DNA of 43,281 nucleotides from a virus (lineage: Duplodnaviria > Heunggongvirae > Uroviricota > Caudoviricetes), in IMG/VR virus record IMGVR_UViG_2909298281_000002; one strand, written 5' to 3'. Positions 17,500 through 27,185 of the stretch are shown piece after piece. Each line of letters begins with the position of its first letter. Within the stretch, counting starts at the first letter, position 1. The notes below the pieces were generated by a model. It searched no databases. It was not told the origin of the DNA and saw only the letters and a list, made by a program, of their open reading frames with translations. The position numbers were made by a program, and so were the translations under genes.

Positions 17500-17690
17500 C
17501 TGCCACGGGGCGGGAGCGTCGCGGAAAAAGGCTAGTTTTTGAAATTTCATTCGTCATCACCACTACTTTAATATATTGATATTACAGTGGTTTTATTTTT
17601 ATGGTGTCGATTTTGATTGTTTTTTGTTCATCACTAACACCGTTTGCCTAAAGTTGTTCGCAAGATGCATGTTTAAAACATTCTGGAGCG
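17500..17690. promoter_or_regulatory. cos region (cosN-like nicking site and terminase-binding region)
   Basis: ACGGGGCGGGAGCGTCGCGG at 17505–17524 resembles lambda cosN ACGGGGCGGCGACCTCGCGGG as recalled; an AT-rich stretch with a shared TTCGTCAT motif follows, directly upstream of the Nu1-type small terminase. Confidence 0.55.
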
Positions 17691-17693
17691 GGT

Positions 17694-18188
17694 ATGGATC
17701 GAGAGTTGAAAAATCTGACGCTGAATATCAGTCAACTGGCGGCACTGTCAGGTGTACATCGCCAGACTGCTGCGGCAAGGCTGCAAAATCTACCCGTTGC
17801 AGGGGGGCATGAAAGCAACCTCAAGCTTTATCGGGTGGTTGATATTGTGTCGGCATTTCTGGCATTACCACCGCCGGTTGCAGAAGGCGAAATGGACGCG
17901 CATGAGCGCAAAGCCTGGTATCAGTCTGAACGTGAGCGTCTTAAGTTCGAACAGGAAACGGCGCAACTCATTCCGGCCAGTGATGTCAGACGGGAGTTTG
18001 CCATCTGGGCAAAAGCGGTCGTGCAGGTGCTGGAGACATTACCGGATATTCTGGAACGTGACTGCGGTCTGCAGCCTGCCGCTGTGAGCCGTGTTCAGTC
18101 CATTATTGATGATCTGCGCGATCAGATAGCCCTGCGGGTGACCGAAGCAGGTGCGGATGATGAGGAGGAATTACAGCAGGAGGAGTAA
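17694..18188 (+). CDS. terminase small subunit (lambda Nu1-like)
   Basis: 164 aa with N-terminal HTH (LNISQLAALSGVHRQTAAARL); overlaps the large-subunit start (TAATG). Confidence 0.85.
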   Translation: MDRELKNLTLNISQLAALSGVHRQTAAARLQNLPVAGGHESNLKLYRVVDIVSAFLALPPPVAEGEMDAHERKAWYQSERERLKFEQETAQLIPASDVRREFAIWAKAVVQVLETLPDILERDCGLQPAAVSRVQSIIDDLRDQIALRVTEAGADDEEELQQEE

Positions 18189-20290
18189 TGCTGAATCAGG
18201 AAACCGCAAAGGCAGCACGAACCGATTCAGGTTATATCCTTCGCGCACCGAGACGAATGCAGGTTGCTGATGCCGTTGCTCAATATATGCGGGTGCCCAT
18301 GGGGGCCGGGAACTCAGTCCCGTGGGATCCGCTGGTGGCACCGTATGTTATTGAGCCGATGAACTGCCTGGCCTCGCGTGAATACGACGCAGTGATATTT
18401 GTTGGCCCGGCACGAACCGGCAAGACTATCGGCCTGATTGACGGCTGGGTGATTTACAACGTGATTTGCGATCCTGCGGATATGCTGATCATTCAGATGA
18501 CGGAGGAAAAAGCCCGCGAACACTCCAAAAAACGACTTGCCAGAACGTTTCGCGTCAGCCCGGAAGTGGTCAGTCGCCTGAGTCCGAACAAAAATGACAA
18601 CAACGTTTATGACAGAACATTCCTTGCTGGTAACTACCTGAAAATCGGCTGGCCGTCAGTCAATATCATGTCCTCATCAGATTATAAATGCGTCGCGCTG
18701 ACGGATTATGACCGTTTTCCGGAAGATATTGATGGCGAGGGGGATGCTTTCTCTCTTGCCTCAAAACGTACCACAACATTTATGTCCAGTGGTATGACGC
18801 TGGTGGAGAGTTCCCCCGGCAGGGATGTGAAGGATGTGAAATGGCGACGGACTTCACCGCATGAGGCTCCACCAACCACGGGGATACTGTCGCTCTATAA
18901 CCGTGGCGATCGCCGTCGCTGGTACTGGCCCTGTCCACACTGTGGTGAGTATTTTCAGCCCTGCGGCGATGTGGTTGCTGGTTTCCGTGATATTGCCGAT
19001 CCCGTGCTGGCAAGTGAGGCGGCTTATATTCAGTGTCCTTCCTGTTCAGGACGGATTATGCCTGAACAAAAACGTGAGCTGAACGGACGTGGGGTCTGGT
19101 TGCGGGATGGTGAATCCATCAATGCGGATGGCAGTCGTTATGGTGATCCCCGACGCTCACGTATTGCGTCATTCTGGATGGAGGGTCCGGCAGCTGCTTA
19201 CCAGACACTCTCGCAACTCGTTTACAAACTGCTTACTGCAGAACAGGAATACGAGACAACCGGAAGTGAAGAAACACTCAAGACGGTTATCAATACCGAC
19301 TGGGGATTACCTTATCTTCCCCGCGCCAGCATGGAGCAACGAAAAAGTGAACTGCTTGAGCAGCGGGCAGAGCCAGTTCCTTCCCGCAGTGTGCCGGATG
19401 GCGTTAATTTCCTTGTGGCGACAGTGGATGTGCAGGCGGGACGTCATCGCCGTTTTGTGGTTCAGGTAACGGGCTATGGCAGCCGTGGCGAACGCTGGAT
19501 TATTGATCGTTACAACATCACGCAGTCATTGCGCGGTGACAGCGACGGGGAGAGCCAGCGAATTGATCCGGCCAGCTATCCGGAAGACTGGGATGTCCTG
19601 CTGACGGATGTTTTTCATAAAAGCTGGCCGCTGGCCTCCGATCCTTCTCAACAAATGCGACTGATGGCAATGGCGGTGGACTCCGGCGGTGAAGACGGGG
19701 TCACTGATAATGCCTATAAATTCTGGCGTCGTTGCCGTCGTGATGGCCTTGGTAAACGTATTTACCTGTTTAAGGGTGACAGCATCCGGCGCGCAAAACT
19801 GATCAGCCGTACATTCCCTGATAACACCGGACGAACGGGCCGCCGGGCGCAGGCCGCAGGTGATGTGCCGCTCTGGCTTCTTCAGACGGATGCCCTGAAA
19901 GACCGGGTGAATAACGCGTTATGGCGTGACTCGCCAGGTCCAGGCTATGTGCATTTCCCTGACTGGCTGGGGAGCTGGTTTTACGACGAACTGACGTATG
20001 AAGAGCGGAGCAGTGACGGGAAATGGAGTAAGCCGGGTCGCGGTGCCAACGAAGCTTTTGACCTGATGGTGTATGCCGAGGCTCTGGTCATTCTGCATGG
20101 ATACGAAAAGATCCGCTGGCCGGATGCACCGGAGTGGGCGAGCCGGGAAACCTGGCTGGAGTGTGTCCCGGACAGTACCGAACCGTCACCCACACCGGAA
20201 CCGGTATCCACGCCTGTTAAAAAACAAAAACGGAAGAAAACAGTAACTGACGATGTTAACCCCTGGCTGACTTCCGGAGGATGGTTATGA
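18188..20290 (+). CDS. terminase large subunit (lambda gpA family)
   Basis: 700-aa ORF with GpA-family organisation, including a Walker-A-like segment (VGPARTGKT) and Cys clusters; follows Nu1 and precedes the portal. Confidence 0.9.
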   Translation: MLNQETAKAARTDSGYILRAPRRMQVADAVAQYMRVPMGAGNSVPWDPLVAPYVIEPMNCLASREYDAVIFVGPARTGKTIGLIDGWVIYNVICDPADMLIIQMTEEKAREHSKKRLARTFRVSPEVVSRLSPNKNDNNVYDRTFLAGNYLKIGWPSVNIMSSSDYKCVALTDYDRFPEDIDGEGDAFSLASKRTTTFMSSGMTLVESSPGRDVKDVKWRRTSPHEAPPTTGILSLYNRGDRRRWYWPCPHCGEYFQPCGDVVAGFRDIADPVLASEAAYIQCPSCSGRIMPEQKRELNGRGVWLRDGESINADGSRYGDPRRSRIASFWMEGPAAAYQTLSQLVYKLLTAEQEYETTGSEETLKTVINTDWGLPYLPRASMEQRKSELLEQRAEPVPSRSVPDGVNFLVATVDVQAGRHRRFVVQVTGYGSRGERWIIDRYNITQSLRGDSDGESQRIDPASYPEDWDVLLTDVFHKSWPLASDPSQQMRLMAMAVDSGGEDGVTDNAYKFWRRCRRDGLGKRIYLFKGDSIRRAKLISRTFPDNTGRTGRRAQAAGDVPLWLLQTDALKDRVNNALWRDSPGPGYVHFPDWLGSWFYDELTYEERSSDGKWSKPGRGANEAFDLMVYAEALVILHGYEKIRWPDAPEWASRETWLECVPDSTEPSPTPEPVSTPVKKQKRKKTVTDDVNPWLTSGGWL

Positions 20291-20499
20291 ACCAGAATGA
20301 TATCGAAGCCATGATTCAGCGTTATACGGAAGCTGAAATGGCGGTGCTGGACGGAAAATCCGTCACCTTTAATGGTCAGCAGATGACCATGGAAAACTTA
20401 TCTGAGATCCGGCAGGGACGGCAGGAGTGGGAGCGCCGCCTTGCGGCTCTGATTACACGACGACGGGGGCATCCCGGGTACCGGCTGGCGAGGTTCTGA
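20287..20499 (+). CDS. head-tail joining protein (gpW-like)
   Basis: 70 aa ending ...RRRGHPGYRLARF, like the lambda W C-terminus; GGAGG 6 nt upstream of the ATG at 20287 (alternative ATG at 20281). Confidence 0.7.
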   Translation: MNQNDIEAMIQRYTEAEMAVLDGKSVTFNGQQMTMENLSEIRQGRQEWERRLAALITRRRGHPGYRLARF

Positions 20500-22007
20500 T
20501 GGCAATTCTTGATGATGTGATTGGCGTTTTTTCACCAGGATGGAAAGCGGCAAGGCTGCGTTCCCGTGCGGTGATCCAGGCTTATGAGGCCGTAAAAACG
20601 ACGCGGACACACAAAGCCCGGCGGGAAAACCGAACTGCCGACCAGTTAAGCCAGTACGGGGCCGTGTCGTTACGTGAGCAGGCCCGTTACCTTGATAACA
20701 ACCACGATCTGGTTATTGGTGTATTTGACAAGCTGGAAGAACGGGTGGTGGGGAAAAACGGAATTATTGTCGAGCCACATCCGGTATTACGCAATGGAGC
20801 CATTGCCCGTGACCTGGCTGCGGAGATTCGCACCCGATGGAGTGAATGGTCTGTCAGCCCGGAAGTCACCGGGCAGTTTACCCGTCCGATGCTGGAACGT
20901 CTGATGCTGCGTACCTGGCTGCGCGATGGTGAGGTGTTTGCCCAGATGGTTTCCGGGCGCATAAACAGCCTGACGCCTTCTGCCGGTGTTCATTTCTGGC
21001 TGGAGGCGCTCGAGCCGGACTTTATTCCCATGACCAGTGATGAGAGCAACAGGCTGAATCAGGGCGTGTTTGTTGATGACTGGGGGCGTCCCGAAAAATA
21101 TCTGGTGTATAAAAGCCGTCCCGTATCCGGACGGCAGATGGAAACCAAAGAAGTGGATGCAGAGCGAATGCTGCATCTTAAATTTGTTCGCCGTCTGCAC
21201 CAGATGCGCGGGACGTCTTTGTTGTCCGGTGTGTTGATCCGCCTCAGTGCCCTGAAAGAGTATGAAGATTCTGAGCTGACTGCAGCAAGGATCGCCGCTG
21301 CTCTGGGGATGTACATCCGCAAAGGCGACGGACAGAGCTATGAACCGGATGGTAATGGCAGCAAGGATAAGGAACGCGAGCTTACCATTCAGCCAGGCAT
21401 TATTTACGACGATCTGAAACCCGGCGAAGAAATCGGAATGGTGAAGTCGGATCGCCCCAATCCTAATCTTGAAACTTTTCGTAATGGTCAGTTGCGTGCA
21501 GTGGCGGCTGGCAGTCGTCTGAGTTTTTCCAGTACTGCGCGCAACTATAACGGCACTTACAGCGCCCAGCGTCAGGAGCTGGTTGAATCCACTGATGGCT
21601 ACCTGATCCTGCAGGACTGGTTTATTGGTGCCGTCACCCGCCCGATGTACCGTGCCTGGCTGAAACAGGCTGTGGCATCCGGTGTTATCAGGCTACCCCG
21701 CGATCTTGACCGTTCTTCACTGTATACCGCGGTGTATTCCGGACCGGTGATGCCGTGGATTGACCCTGTTAAGGAGGCTGAGGCCTGGAAAATCCAGATT
21801 CGTGGTGGAGCGGCGACAGAATCAGACTGGGTACGTGCTGGTGGTCGTAATCCGGATGATGTCAAACGTCGGCGCAAGGCCGAAATTGATGAAAACCGCA
21901 AGCTGGATCTGGTATTTGATACCGATCCGGCCAGTGATAAAGGAGGTAGCAGTGCCGCAACGAAACGACAGGAGCCGCAGCACACCAACAACCAGTCCGA
22001 AGAATAA
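20499..22007 (+). CDS. portal protein (lambda gpB family)
   Basis: 502 aa from the ATG at 20499 (overlaps the W stop, TGATG); follows the terminase. The track ORF has a 24-codon 5' extension. Confidence 0.85.
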   Translation: MAILDDVIGVFSPGWKAARLRSRAVIQAYEAVKTTRTHKARRENRTADQLSQYGAVSLREQARYLDNNHDLVIGVFDKLEERVVGKNGIIVEPHPVLRNGAIARDLAAEIRTRWSEWSVSPEVTGQFTRPMLERLMLRTWLRDGEVFAQMVSGRINSLTPSAGVHFWLEALEPDFIPMTSDESNRLNQGVFVDDWGRPEKYLVYKSRPVSGRQMETKEVDAERMLHLKFVRRLHQMRGTSLLSGVLIRLSALKEYEDSELTAARIAAALGMYIRKGDGQSYEPDGNGSKDKERELTIQPGIIYDDLKPGEEIGMVKSDRPNPNLETFRNGQLRAVAAGSRLSFSSTARNYNGTYSAQRQELVESTDGYLILQDWFIGAVTRPMYRAWLKQAVASGVIRLPRDLDRSSLYTAVYSGPVMPWIDPVKEAEAWKIQIRGGAATESDWVRAGGRNPDDVKRRRKAEIDENRKLDLVFDTDPASDKGGSSAATKRQEPQHTNNQSEE

Positions 22008-22020
22008 TTCCTGGTTCAGG

Positions 22021-23979
22021 ATGCAGGCTGGTCATCAGAGTGACGCGGATATTTATATTTATGACGAGATTGGTTTCTGGGGTGTTACGGCGAAGCAGTT
22101 TATCAGTGATCTGAATGCACTGGGCGATATCACCCACATTAATCTCCATATCAATTCACCGGGTGGCGATGTCTTTGAAGGCATCGCCATTTTTAATGCA
22201 CTGAAAACACATGGTGCGTCCATTACCGTTTATGTCGACGGAGTGGCGGCATCAATGGCGTCGGTCATTGCGATGGTGGGAAACCCGGTCATTATGCCGG
22301 AAAACACTTTCATGATGATTCATAAACCATTTGGCTTTACGGGCGGTGATGCGGAGGACATGCGCACCTATGCCGACCTGCTCGATAAAGTTGAGGCGGT
22401 TCTCTTACCCGCTTATGCACAGAAAACCGGGAAAACCACCGATGAAATTGCTGCCATGCTGGCGGATGAGACCTGGATGTCCGGAGCCGAATGTCTGGCT
22501 CATGGATTTGCTGACCAGGTGACGCCAGCCGTTAAGGCAATGGCATGTATTCAGTCAAAACGTACAGAGGAATTTAAAAAGATGCCGGAATCTATTCGAA
22601 ACATGATTACTCCGCCACGCAACAGTGCTCCACGCGTACCGGATGATGAACCAGCAGCCCCCCGGACGCCAGTGCAGGCAGCAGCACCCGTGGTGGATGA
22701 AAACAGCATCCGTGCGCAGGTACTGGCAGAGCAAAAAGCGCGTGTAAACGGTATTAATGATCTGTTTGCCATGTTTGGCGGGCGTTATCAGGCGCTGCAG
22801 GCTCAGTGCCTTGCCGATCCTGAGTGTTCGCTGGAGCAGGCCCGCGAGAAGCTGTTGAACGAGATGGGGCGAGAGTCCACGCCATCCAATAAAAATACCC
22901 CGGCTCATATTTATGCCGGTAACGGTAATTTTGTGGGGGACGGGATCCGCCAGGCGCTGATGGCGCGTGCCGGATTTGAAAAAACCGAACGTGATAATGT
23001 CTACAACGGGATGACCCTGCGTGAATATGCCCGTATGTCACTGATTGAACGGGGTATTGGGGTTTCCAGTTATAACCCGATGCAGATGGTCGGTGCGGCG
23101 TTCACACACAGTACGTCTGACTTCGGTAATATTCTGCTGGATGTTGCGAACAAAGCCATTCTGCAGGGCTGGGAAGATGCCCCTGAAACCTATGAACAGT
23201 GGACGCGGAAAGGCCAGTTGTCTGATTTTAAAATTGCCCATCGTGTGGGTATGGGGGGCTTCAGTGCTCTGCGTCAGGTGCGTGAAGGGGCGGAATATAA
23301 ATACGTCACCACCGGAGATAAACAGGCCACTATTGCACTGGCGACCTATGGCGAGCTGTTCAGTATCACCCGTCAGGCCATTATCAATGATGATCTGAAT
23401 ATGCTGACCGATGTCCCGATGAAGCTGGGCCGTGCGGCGAAATCCACTATTGCCGATCTGGTTTATGCCATTCTGACGTCTAACCCGAAAATCTCCACAG
23501 ATAATGTAAGCCTGTTCGATAAAGCGAAACATGCAAACGTACTGGAGAGCGCTGCAATGGACGTGGCATCGCTGGATAAAGCCCGCCAGTTGATGCGCGT
23601 TCAGAAAGAGGGGGAGCGTCATCTGAATATTCGTCCTGCGTTCGTACTGGTACCGACGGCGATGGAATCTGTTGCTAACCAGGTCATTCGCTCCTCAAGT
23701 GTCAAGGGGGCTGACATTAACGCCGGTATTATTAACCCGGTGAAAGATTTTGCGACCGTTATTGCAGAGCCTCGTCTTGATGATAACAGCCAGACCACCT
23801 TCTACCTGGCTGCGTCAAAAGGCTCCGATACGATTGAAGTGGCTTATCTCAACGGTGTGGATACGCCATATATTGATCAGATGGAGGGCTTCAGTGTGGA
23901 TGGCGTGACAACGAAAGTGCGTATTGACGCCGGTGTCGCGCCAGTTGATCACCGCGGTCTGGTGAAATGTACGGCGTAA
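22021..23979 (+). CDS. fused prohead protease (ClpP-like) / scaffold linker / HK97-fold major capsid protein
   Basis: N-terminal ClpP/S14-like region (INSPGGDVFEGIAIFNALKTHGASITVYVDGVAASMASVIA), a Pro/Ala-rich linker, and a C-terminal capsid-like domain. Start at the ATG at 22021 is uncertain. Confidence 0.8.
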   Translation: MQAGHQSDADIYIYDEIGFWGVTAKQFISDLNALGDITHINLHINSPGGDVFEGIAIFNALKTHGASITVYVDGVAASMASVIAMVGNPVIMPENTFMMIHKPFGFTGGDAEDMRTYADLLDKVEAVLLPAYAQKTGKTTDEIAAMLADETWMSGAECLAHGFADQVTPAVKAMACIQSKRTEEFKKMPESIRNMITPPRNSAPRVPDDEPAAPRTPVQAAAPVVDENSIRAQVLAEQKARVNGINDLFAMFGGRYQALQAQCLADPECSLEQAREKLLNEMGRESTPSNKNTPAHIYAGNGNFVGDGIRQALMARAGFEKTERDNVYNGMTLREYARMSLIERGIGVSSYNPMQMVGAAFTHSTSDFGNILLDVANKAILQGWEDAPETYEQWTRKGQLSDFKIAHRVGMGGFSALRQVREGAEYKYVTTGDKQATIALATYGELFSITRQAIINDDLNMLTDVPMKLGRAAKSTIADLVYAILTSNPKISTDNVSLFDKAKHANVLESAAMDVASLDKARQLMRVQKEGERHLNIRPAFVLVPTAMESVANQVIRSSSVKGADINAGIINPVKDFATVIAEPRLDDNSQTTFYLAASKGSDTIEVAYLNGVDTPYIDQMEGFSVDGVTTKVRIDAGVAPVDHRGLVKCTA

Positions 23980-24002
23980 ACGTCGCAGACAACAACTCTG
24001 AT

Positions 24003-24022
24003 GGCCCGTAAGGGCTTTTTTT
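24003..24022 (+). terminator. intrinsic terminator after the capsid gene
   Basis: GGCCC-gtaa-GGGC hairpin followed by seven T; a second hairpin CAGCCCC-tgaa-CGGGGCTG (24035–24052) has no T-run. Confidence 0.5.
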
Positions 24023-24065
24023 GTACCTGAAATCAGCCCCTGAACGGGGCTGTGCGGAGACAGTT

Positions 24066-24389
24066 ATGGCAAAGAATTTTGTAGAAGAAGGAAAAGCGGT
24101 GGCGATTGTTGCCAGTGCAGCCATCAGCAGCGGAGATCTGGTGCAGGTGGGCGATGTTTTTGCGGTGGCGCTGACCGATATTCCACAGGGTGAAACAGGC
24201 GACGGCATGACCGAAGGTGTGTTTATGCTGCCTAAGCTGAAAACGGATGACATGAAAACGGGTAAGAAGGTTTATCTGAAGGCCGGAAAAGTTCAGCTGA
24301 CTAACAGCGGCTCTGATCCGCTGGTCGGGGTTGTCTGGGCAGATGCCGGAACCAGTGCAGAAGAAGTGCCGGTAAAACTCAATGTCTGA
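24066..24389 (+). CDS. small head protein (DUF2190-like, putative decoration or head-completion protein)
   Basis: 107 aa from the ATG at 24066 (GGAG 7 nt upstream); position directly after the capsid gene. The track start at 24021 is not an ATG. Confidence 0.65.
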   Translation: MAKNFVEEGKAVAIVASAAISSGDLVQVGDVFAVALTDIPQGETGDGMTEGVFMLPKLKTDDMKTGKKVYLKAGKVQLTNSGSDPLVGVVWADAGTSAEEVPVKLNV

Positions 24390-24657
24390 TCCCTTTTCCC
24401 GGCTGGCAGCGCGTATGGATGCTATCACGGTCAGAAAGATGGGAAAGACAGCCTCGATTAATGATGTCGATATGACTGTGATCCCGGGAGAAACACTGGC
24501 AGAGCTGAATGCTCTGTCCGGACCTGCGGTCTCTCTGGTGGTGTTTTCTTCGGGATACCGCCCACGGCGCGGGGATCGCGTTGTTTATGACGGACAACAA
24601 TGGACGGTCACACGGCATGAACGCTTTAACGGTAAGCCAATGATCTTTATTGAGTAA
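24382..24657 (+). CDS. head-tail connector/adaptor protein
   Basis: 91 aa, overlapping the upstream gene; the family is often mis-annotated as a sugar transporter in Gifsy-type prophages. Confidence 0.65.
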   Translation: MSDPFSRLAARMDAITVRKMGKTASINDVDMTVIPGETLAELNALSGPAVSLVVFSSGYRPRRGDRVVYDGQQWTVTRHERFNGKPMIFIE

Positions 24658-24668
24658 AGAGGTGTGGG

Positions 24669-25247
24669 ATGAAGGGGCTTGAGAATGCCATCCGCAATCT
24701 GAACAGCCTTGATACCCGTATGGTGCCACAGGCCAGCGCATGGGCGATAAACCGTGTGGCACAGAAAGCGGTCTCGGTTACCACCCGGCAGGTTGCCGGG
24801 AATACCGTTGCGGGAGATAACCAGGTGAAAGGGATCCCCCTGAAACTGGTACGTCAGCGTGTCCGGGTGTTTAAAGCCAGTCCGTCAGGAAAAATGACGG
24901 CCAGGATCCGCGTTAACCGGGGCAATCTGCCTGCCATTAAGCTGGGGACAGCCCGGGTCAGACTGGCCCGGCGTGGTGGAAAACTGCAGTACCGTGGCAG
25001 TGTGCTGAAGGTGGGTAAATATCTTTTCCGGGATGCGTTTATTCAGCAACTGGCGAATGGTCGCTGGCATGTGATGCGGCGTATTGATGGCAAAAATCGT
25101 TACCCCATTGATGTGGTGAAAATCCCGCTGTCCGGACAGCTGACACAGGCATTTGAAGATGCCCGCGACCGCATCATTGCTGCGGAAATGCCGAAACAGC
25201 TGGGGTATGCACTGAAACAACAACTGAGGTTATGGCTGACCCGATGA
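24669..25247 (+). CDS. tail completion protein (lambda Z-like)
   Basis: 192 aa, same length and position as lambda Z, directly upstream of the U homolog. Confidence 0.7.
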   Translation: MKGLENAIRNLNSLDTRMVPQASAWAINRVAQKAVSVTTRQVAGNTVAGDNQVKGIPLKLVRQRVRVFKASPSGKMTARIRVNRGNLPAIKLGTARVRLARRGGKLQYRGSVLKVGKYLFRDAFIQQLANGRWHVMRRIDGKNRYPIDVVKIPLSGQLTQAFEDARDRIIAAEMPKQLGYALKQQLRLWLTR

Positions 25248-25645
25248 ACCGACATACACAAATCCGCCAGGTCGTACTGGCACGCCTTCGGGAACAGTGT
25301 AGAGACAGCGCCACGTTTTTTGACGGGCTTCCGGCATTTATTGATGCGCAGGAACTGCCTGCCGTGGCGGTGTGGCTGAGTGATGCTCAGTACACCGGAA
25401 AAATGACGGATGAAGATGACTGGCAGGCTGTTCTGCATATTGCTGTCTTCATCCGGGCACAGGCACCGGATTCAGAGCTGGATATGTGGATGGAGAGCAC
25501 CATTTTCCCGGCCCTGAATGATGTACCAGCACTTTCCGGACTCATCGACACCCTGATCCCTCTCGGTTTTAACTATCAACGTGATAATGAGATGGCCACC
25601 TGGGCGATGGCGGAAATCACGTACCAGATCACGTACACGAATTAA
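25232..25645 (+). CDS. U: tail terminator protein (lambda U homolog)
   Basis: 137 aa, clear similarity to lambda gpU (ATFFDG.PA..D....PAVAV.L..A.YTG ... PDSELD.WMES.I.P). Confidence 0.85.
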   Translation: MADPMNRHTQIRQVVLARLREQCRDSATFFDGLPAFIDAQELPAVAVWLSDAQYTGKMTDEDDWQAVLHIAVFIRAQAPDSELDMWMESTIFPALNDVPALSGLIDTLIPLGFNYQRDNEMATWAMAEITYQITYTN

Positions 25646-25650
25646 AGGAG

Positions 25651-26400
25651 GTGGCAATGACCACACCAAATCCACTGGCAAAAACGAAAGGTGCGGGAAC
25701 GACGTTCTGGATGTACACCGGCAAGGGCGATGCGTTTGCGAACCCTTTATCGGACACTGACTGGCTGCGTCTTGCGATGGTGAAGGATCTGCAACCTGGC
25801 GAAATGACCGCTGATGCAGAAGATGACACTTATCTCGATGATGAAGATGCAGACTGGAAAACGACAACCCAGGGGCAGAAATCCGTCGGTGATACTTCGG
25901 CGACGCTGGCCTGGCGTCCGGGTGACAGCGGGCAGAAAAAACTGGTTCAGTTGTTCGACTCCGGTGAAGTCTGCGCGTTTCGTATCAAATATCCCAACGG
26001 CACTGTTGATGTTTTCCGTGGCTGGCTGAGCTCACTGGGTAAAACCATTGCCTCAAAAGACGTGATGACCCGCACAGTGAAAATCAGCGGTGTGGGGCGT
26101 CCGTATCTGGCAGAGGAAGGCACTGAAACAGTGAGCGTTACCGGGCTGACGGTGGCACCGGCATCTGCCAGTGTAAAAGTGGGAGCAACCACCACGCTGA
26201 CCTTTACAGTAAAACCTGACGGAGCCAGTGACAAAGCGATCAGTGTGCATTCGACAGATCCACAGACTGCCACGGTGACCCTGAACGGGCTTGTGGCCAC
26301 GGTGAAAGGCGTGAAGCAGGGCAGTGTCAGCATTGTGGGCATGACTTCTGACGGCGATTTTGTGGCAGTGGCTGCGGTGGCTGTCAGCGCCGCAGGTTAA
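25651..26400 (+). CDS. V: major tail tube protein with C-terminal Ig-like domain (lambda V homolog)
   Basis: 249 aa, strong similarity to lambda gpV (KGAGTT.W.Y.G.GD..ANPLSD.DW.RLA.VKDL.PGE.TA ... IRFPNGTVDVFRGW). Confidence 0.9.
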   Translation: MAMTTPNPLAKTKGAGTTFWMYTGKGDAFANPLSDTDWLRLAMVKDLQPGEMTADAEDDTYLDDEDADWKTTTQGQKSVGDTSATLAWRPGDSGQKKLVQLFDSGEVCAFRIKYPNGTVDVFRGWLSSLGKTIASKDVMTRTVKISGVGRPYLAEEGTETVSVTGLTVAPASASVKVGATTTLTFTVKPDGASDKAISVHSTDPQTATVTLNGLVATVKGVKQGSVSIVGMTSDGDFVAVAAVAVSAAG

Positions 26401-26420
26401 CAGGACGATACTCATCATTT

Positions 26421-26445
26421 GCCCCGGTTATCCGGGGCTTTTTTG
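26421..26445 (+). terminator. intrinsic terminator after the major tail gene
   Basis: GCCCCGG-ttat-CCGGGGC hairpin followed by six T, immediately after the V stop. Confidence 0.7.
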
Positions 26446-26460
26446 CAGGTGGAGAACATG

Positions 26461-26847
26461 ATGTTTCTGAAACAGGGCACGTTTAATTATGAAAAGCAGT
26501 CCGTGGTGCTCAGTGAGCTGTCCGGGCTGCAGAGAATTGAATATCTGGCGTTTGTTCAGCAGCGAACGGCAAAGTTTGATGCCGAAGAGGGAGAACTGCC
26601 GGAGGCTGAACGACAGATTGCTTTTCTGCGGATGGGGATGGATATCAATGCCTGGCTGGTTTCCCGCTCACTGTGGAATGCGGAACAGTCTCAGGATGTT
26701 GAGACGCTTTGCGCATCCGTTATTACAACATGGTCGTATGATGCCCTGGGAGCGGGGGCGGAGATGGTTCTGTCGCTGAGCGGTATGGGAGTCATTGAGA
26801 ATGCCGGGGATTTGGAGCATGAGGTGCTGACGCCGGAAAAGTCCTGA
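26461..26847 (+). CDS. G: tail assembly chaperone G
   Basis: 128 aa from the ATG at 26461 (MFLKQGTFNYEK..., similar to lambda G); GGAG Shine-Dalgarno; the track start is a TTG. Confidence 0.8.
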   Translation: MFLKQGTFNYEKQSVVLSELSGLQRIEYLAFVQQRTAKFDAEEGELPEAERQIAFLRMGMDINAWLVSRSLWNAEQSQDVETLCASVITTWSYDALGAGAEMVLSLSGMGVIENAGDLEHEVLTPEKS

Positions 26848-27185
26848 CGCGGGAAATGCAGTTTGTCATGCGGCTTGCCCGGGAGTTCCGGCGGGCAGAC
26901 TGGCGGCGGATGCTGTCGGAAATGTCGGCCACTGAGCTTGGTGAGTGGGGCGATTATTTCCGGATGCAGAGCTTCAGTGATGTGTGGATGGATGCGCAGT
27001 TTGCCTCGCTGAAGGCATTGATCGTGAGAATGGTGTCCGGCAGCAGTGATGCTGCGGTGGCTGATTTCAGCCTTTTACCGGAAGAGAACGGGATACCGGA
27101 GCGAACGGACGAAGAACTGATGCATCTTGGGGAAGGTATTTCCGGAGGTGTGCGTTATGGACCAGATAGCCAACCTGGTCATTGA
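26461..27185 (+). CDS. tail assembly chaperone G-T fusion via a -1 translational frameshift
   Basis: The T-frame ORF (26823–27185) has no convincing independent start and overlaps the last eight codons of G in the -1 frame; slippery-like sequence G GAA AAG at 26835–26841, placed as the lambda G GGA AAG site. Confidence 0.55.

Noticed and set aside
21760-22020. 88-codon 5' extension of the protease–capsid ORF, and similar track extensions for portal, xis, cro, H, K, stf, YfdR-like and YfdP-like genes.
   Set aside because: The track ORFs begin at the first in-frame start of any kind, often GTG or TTG. Homology and Shine-Dalgarno placement support internal ATG starts, and the extensions would overlap upstream genes extensively.
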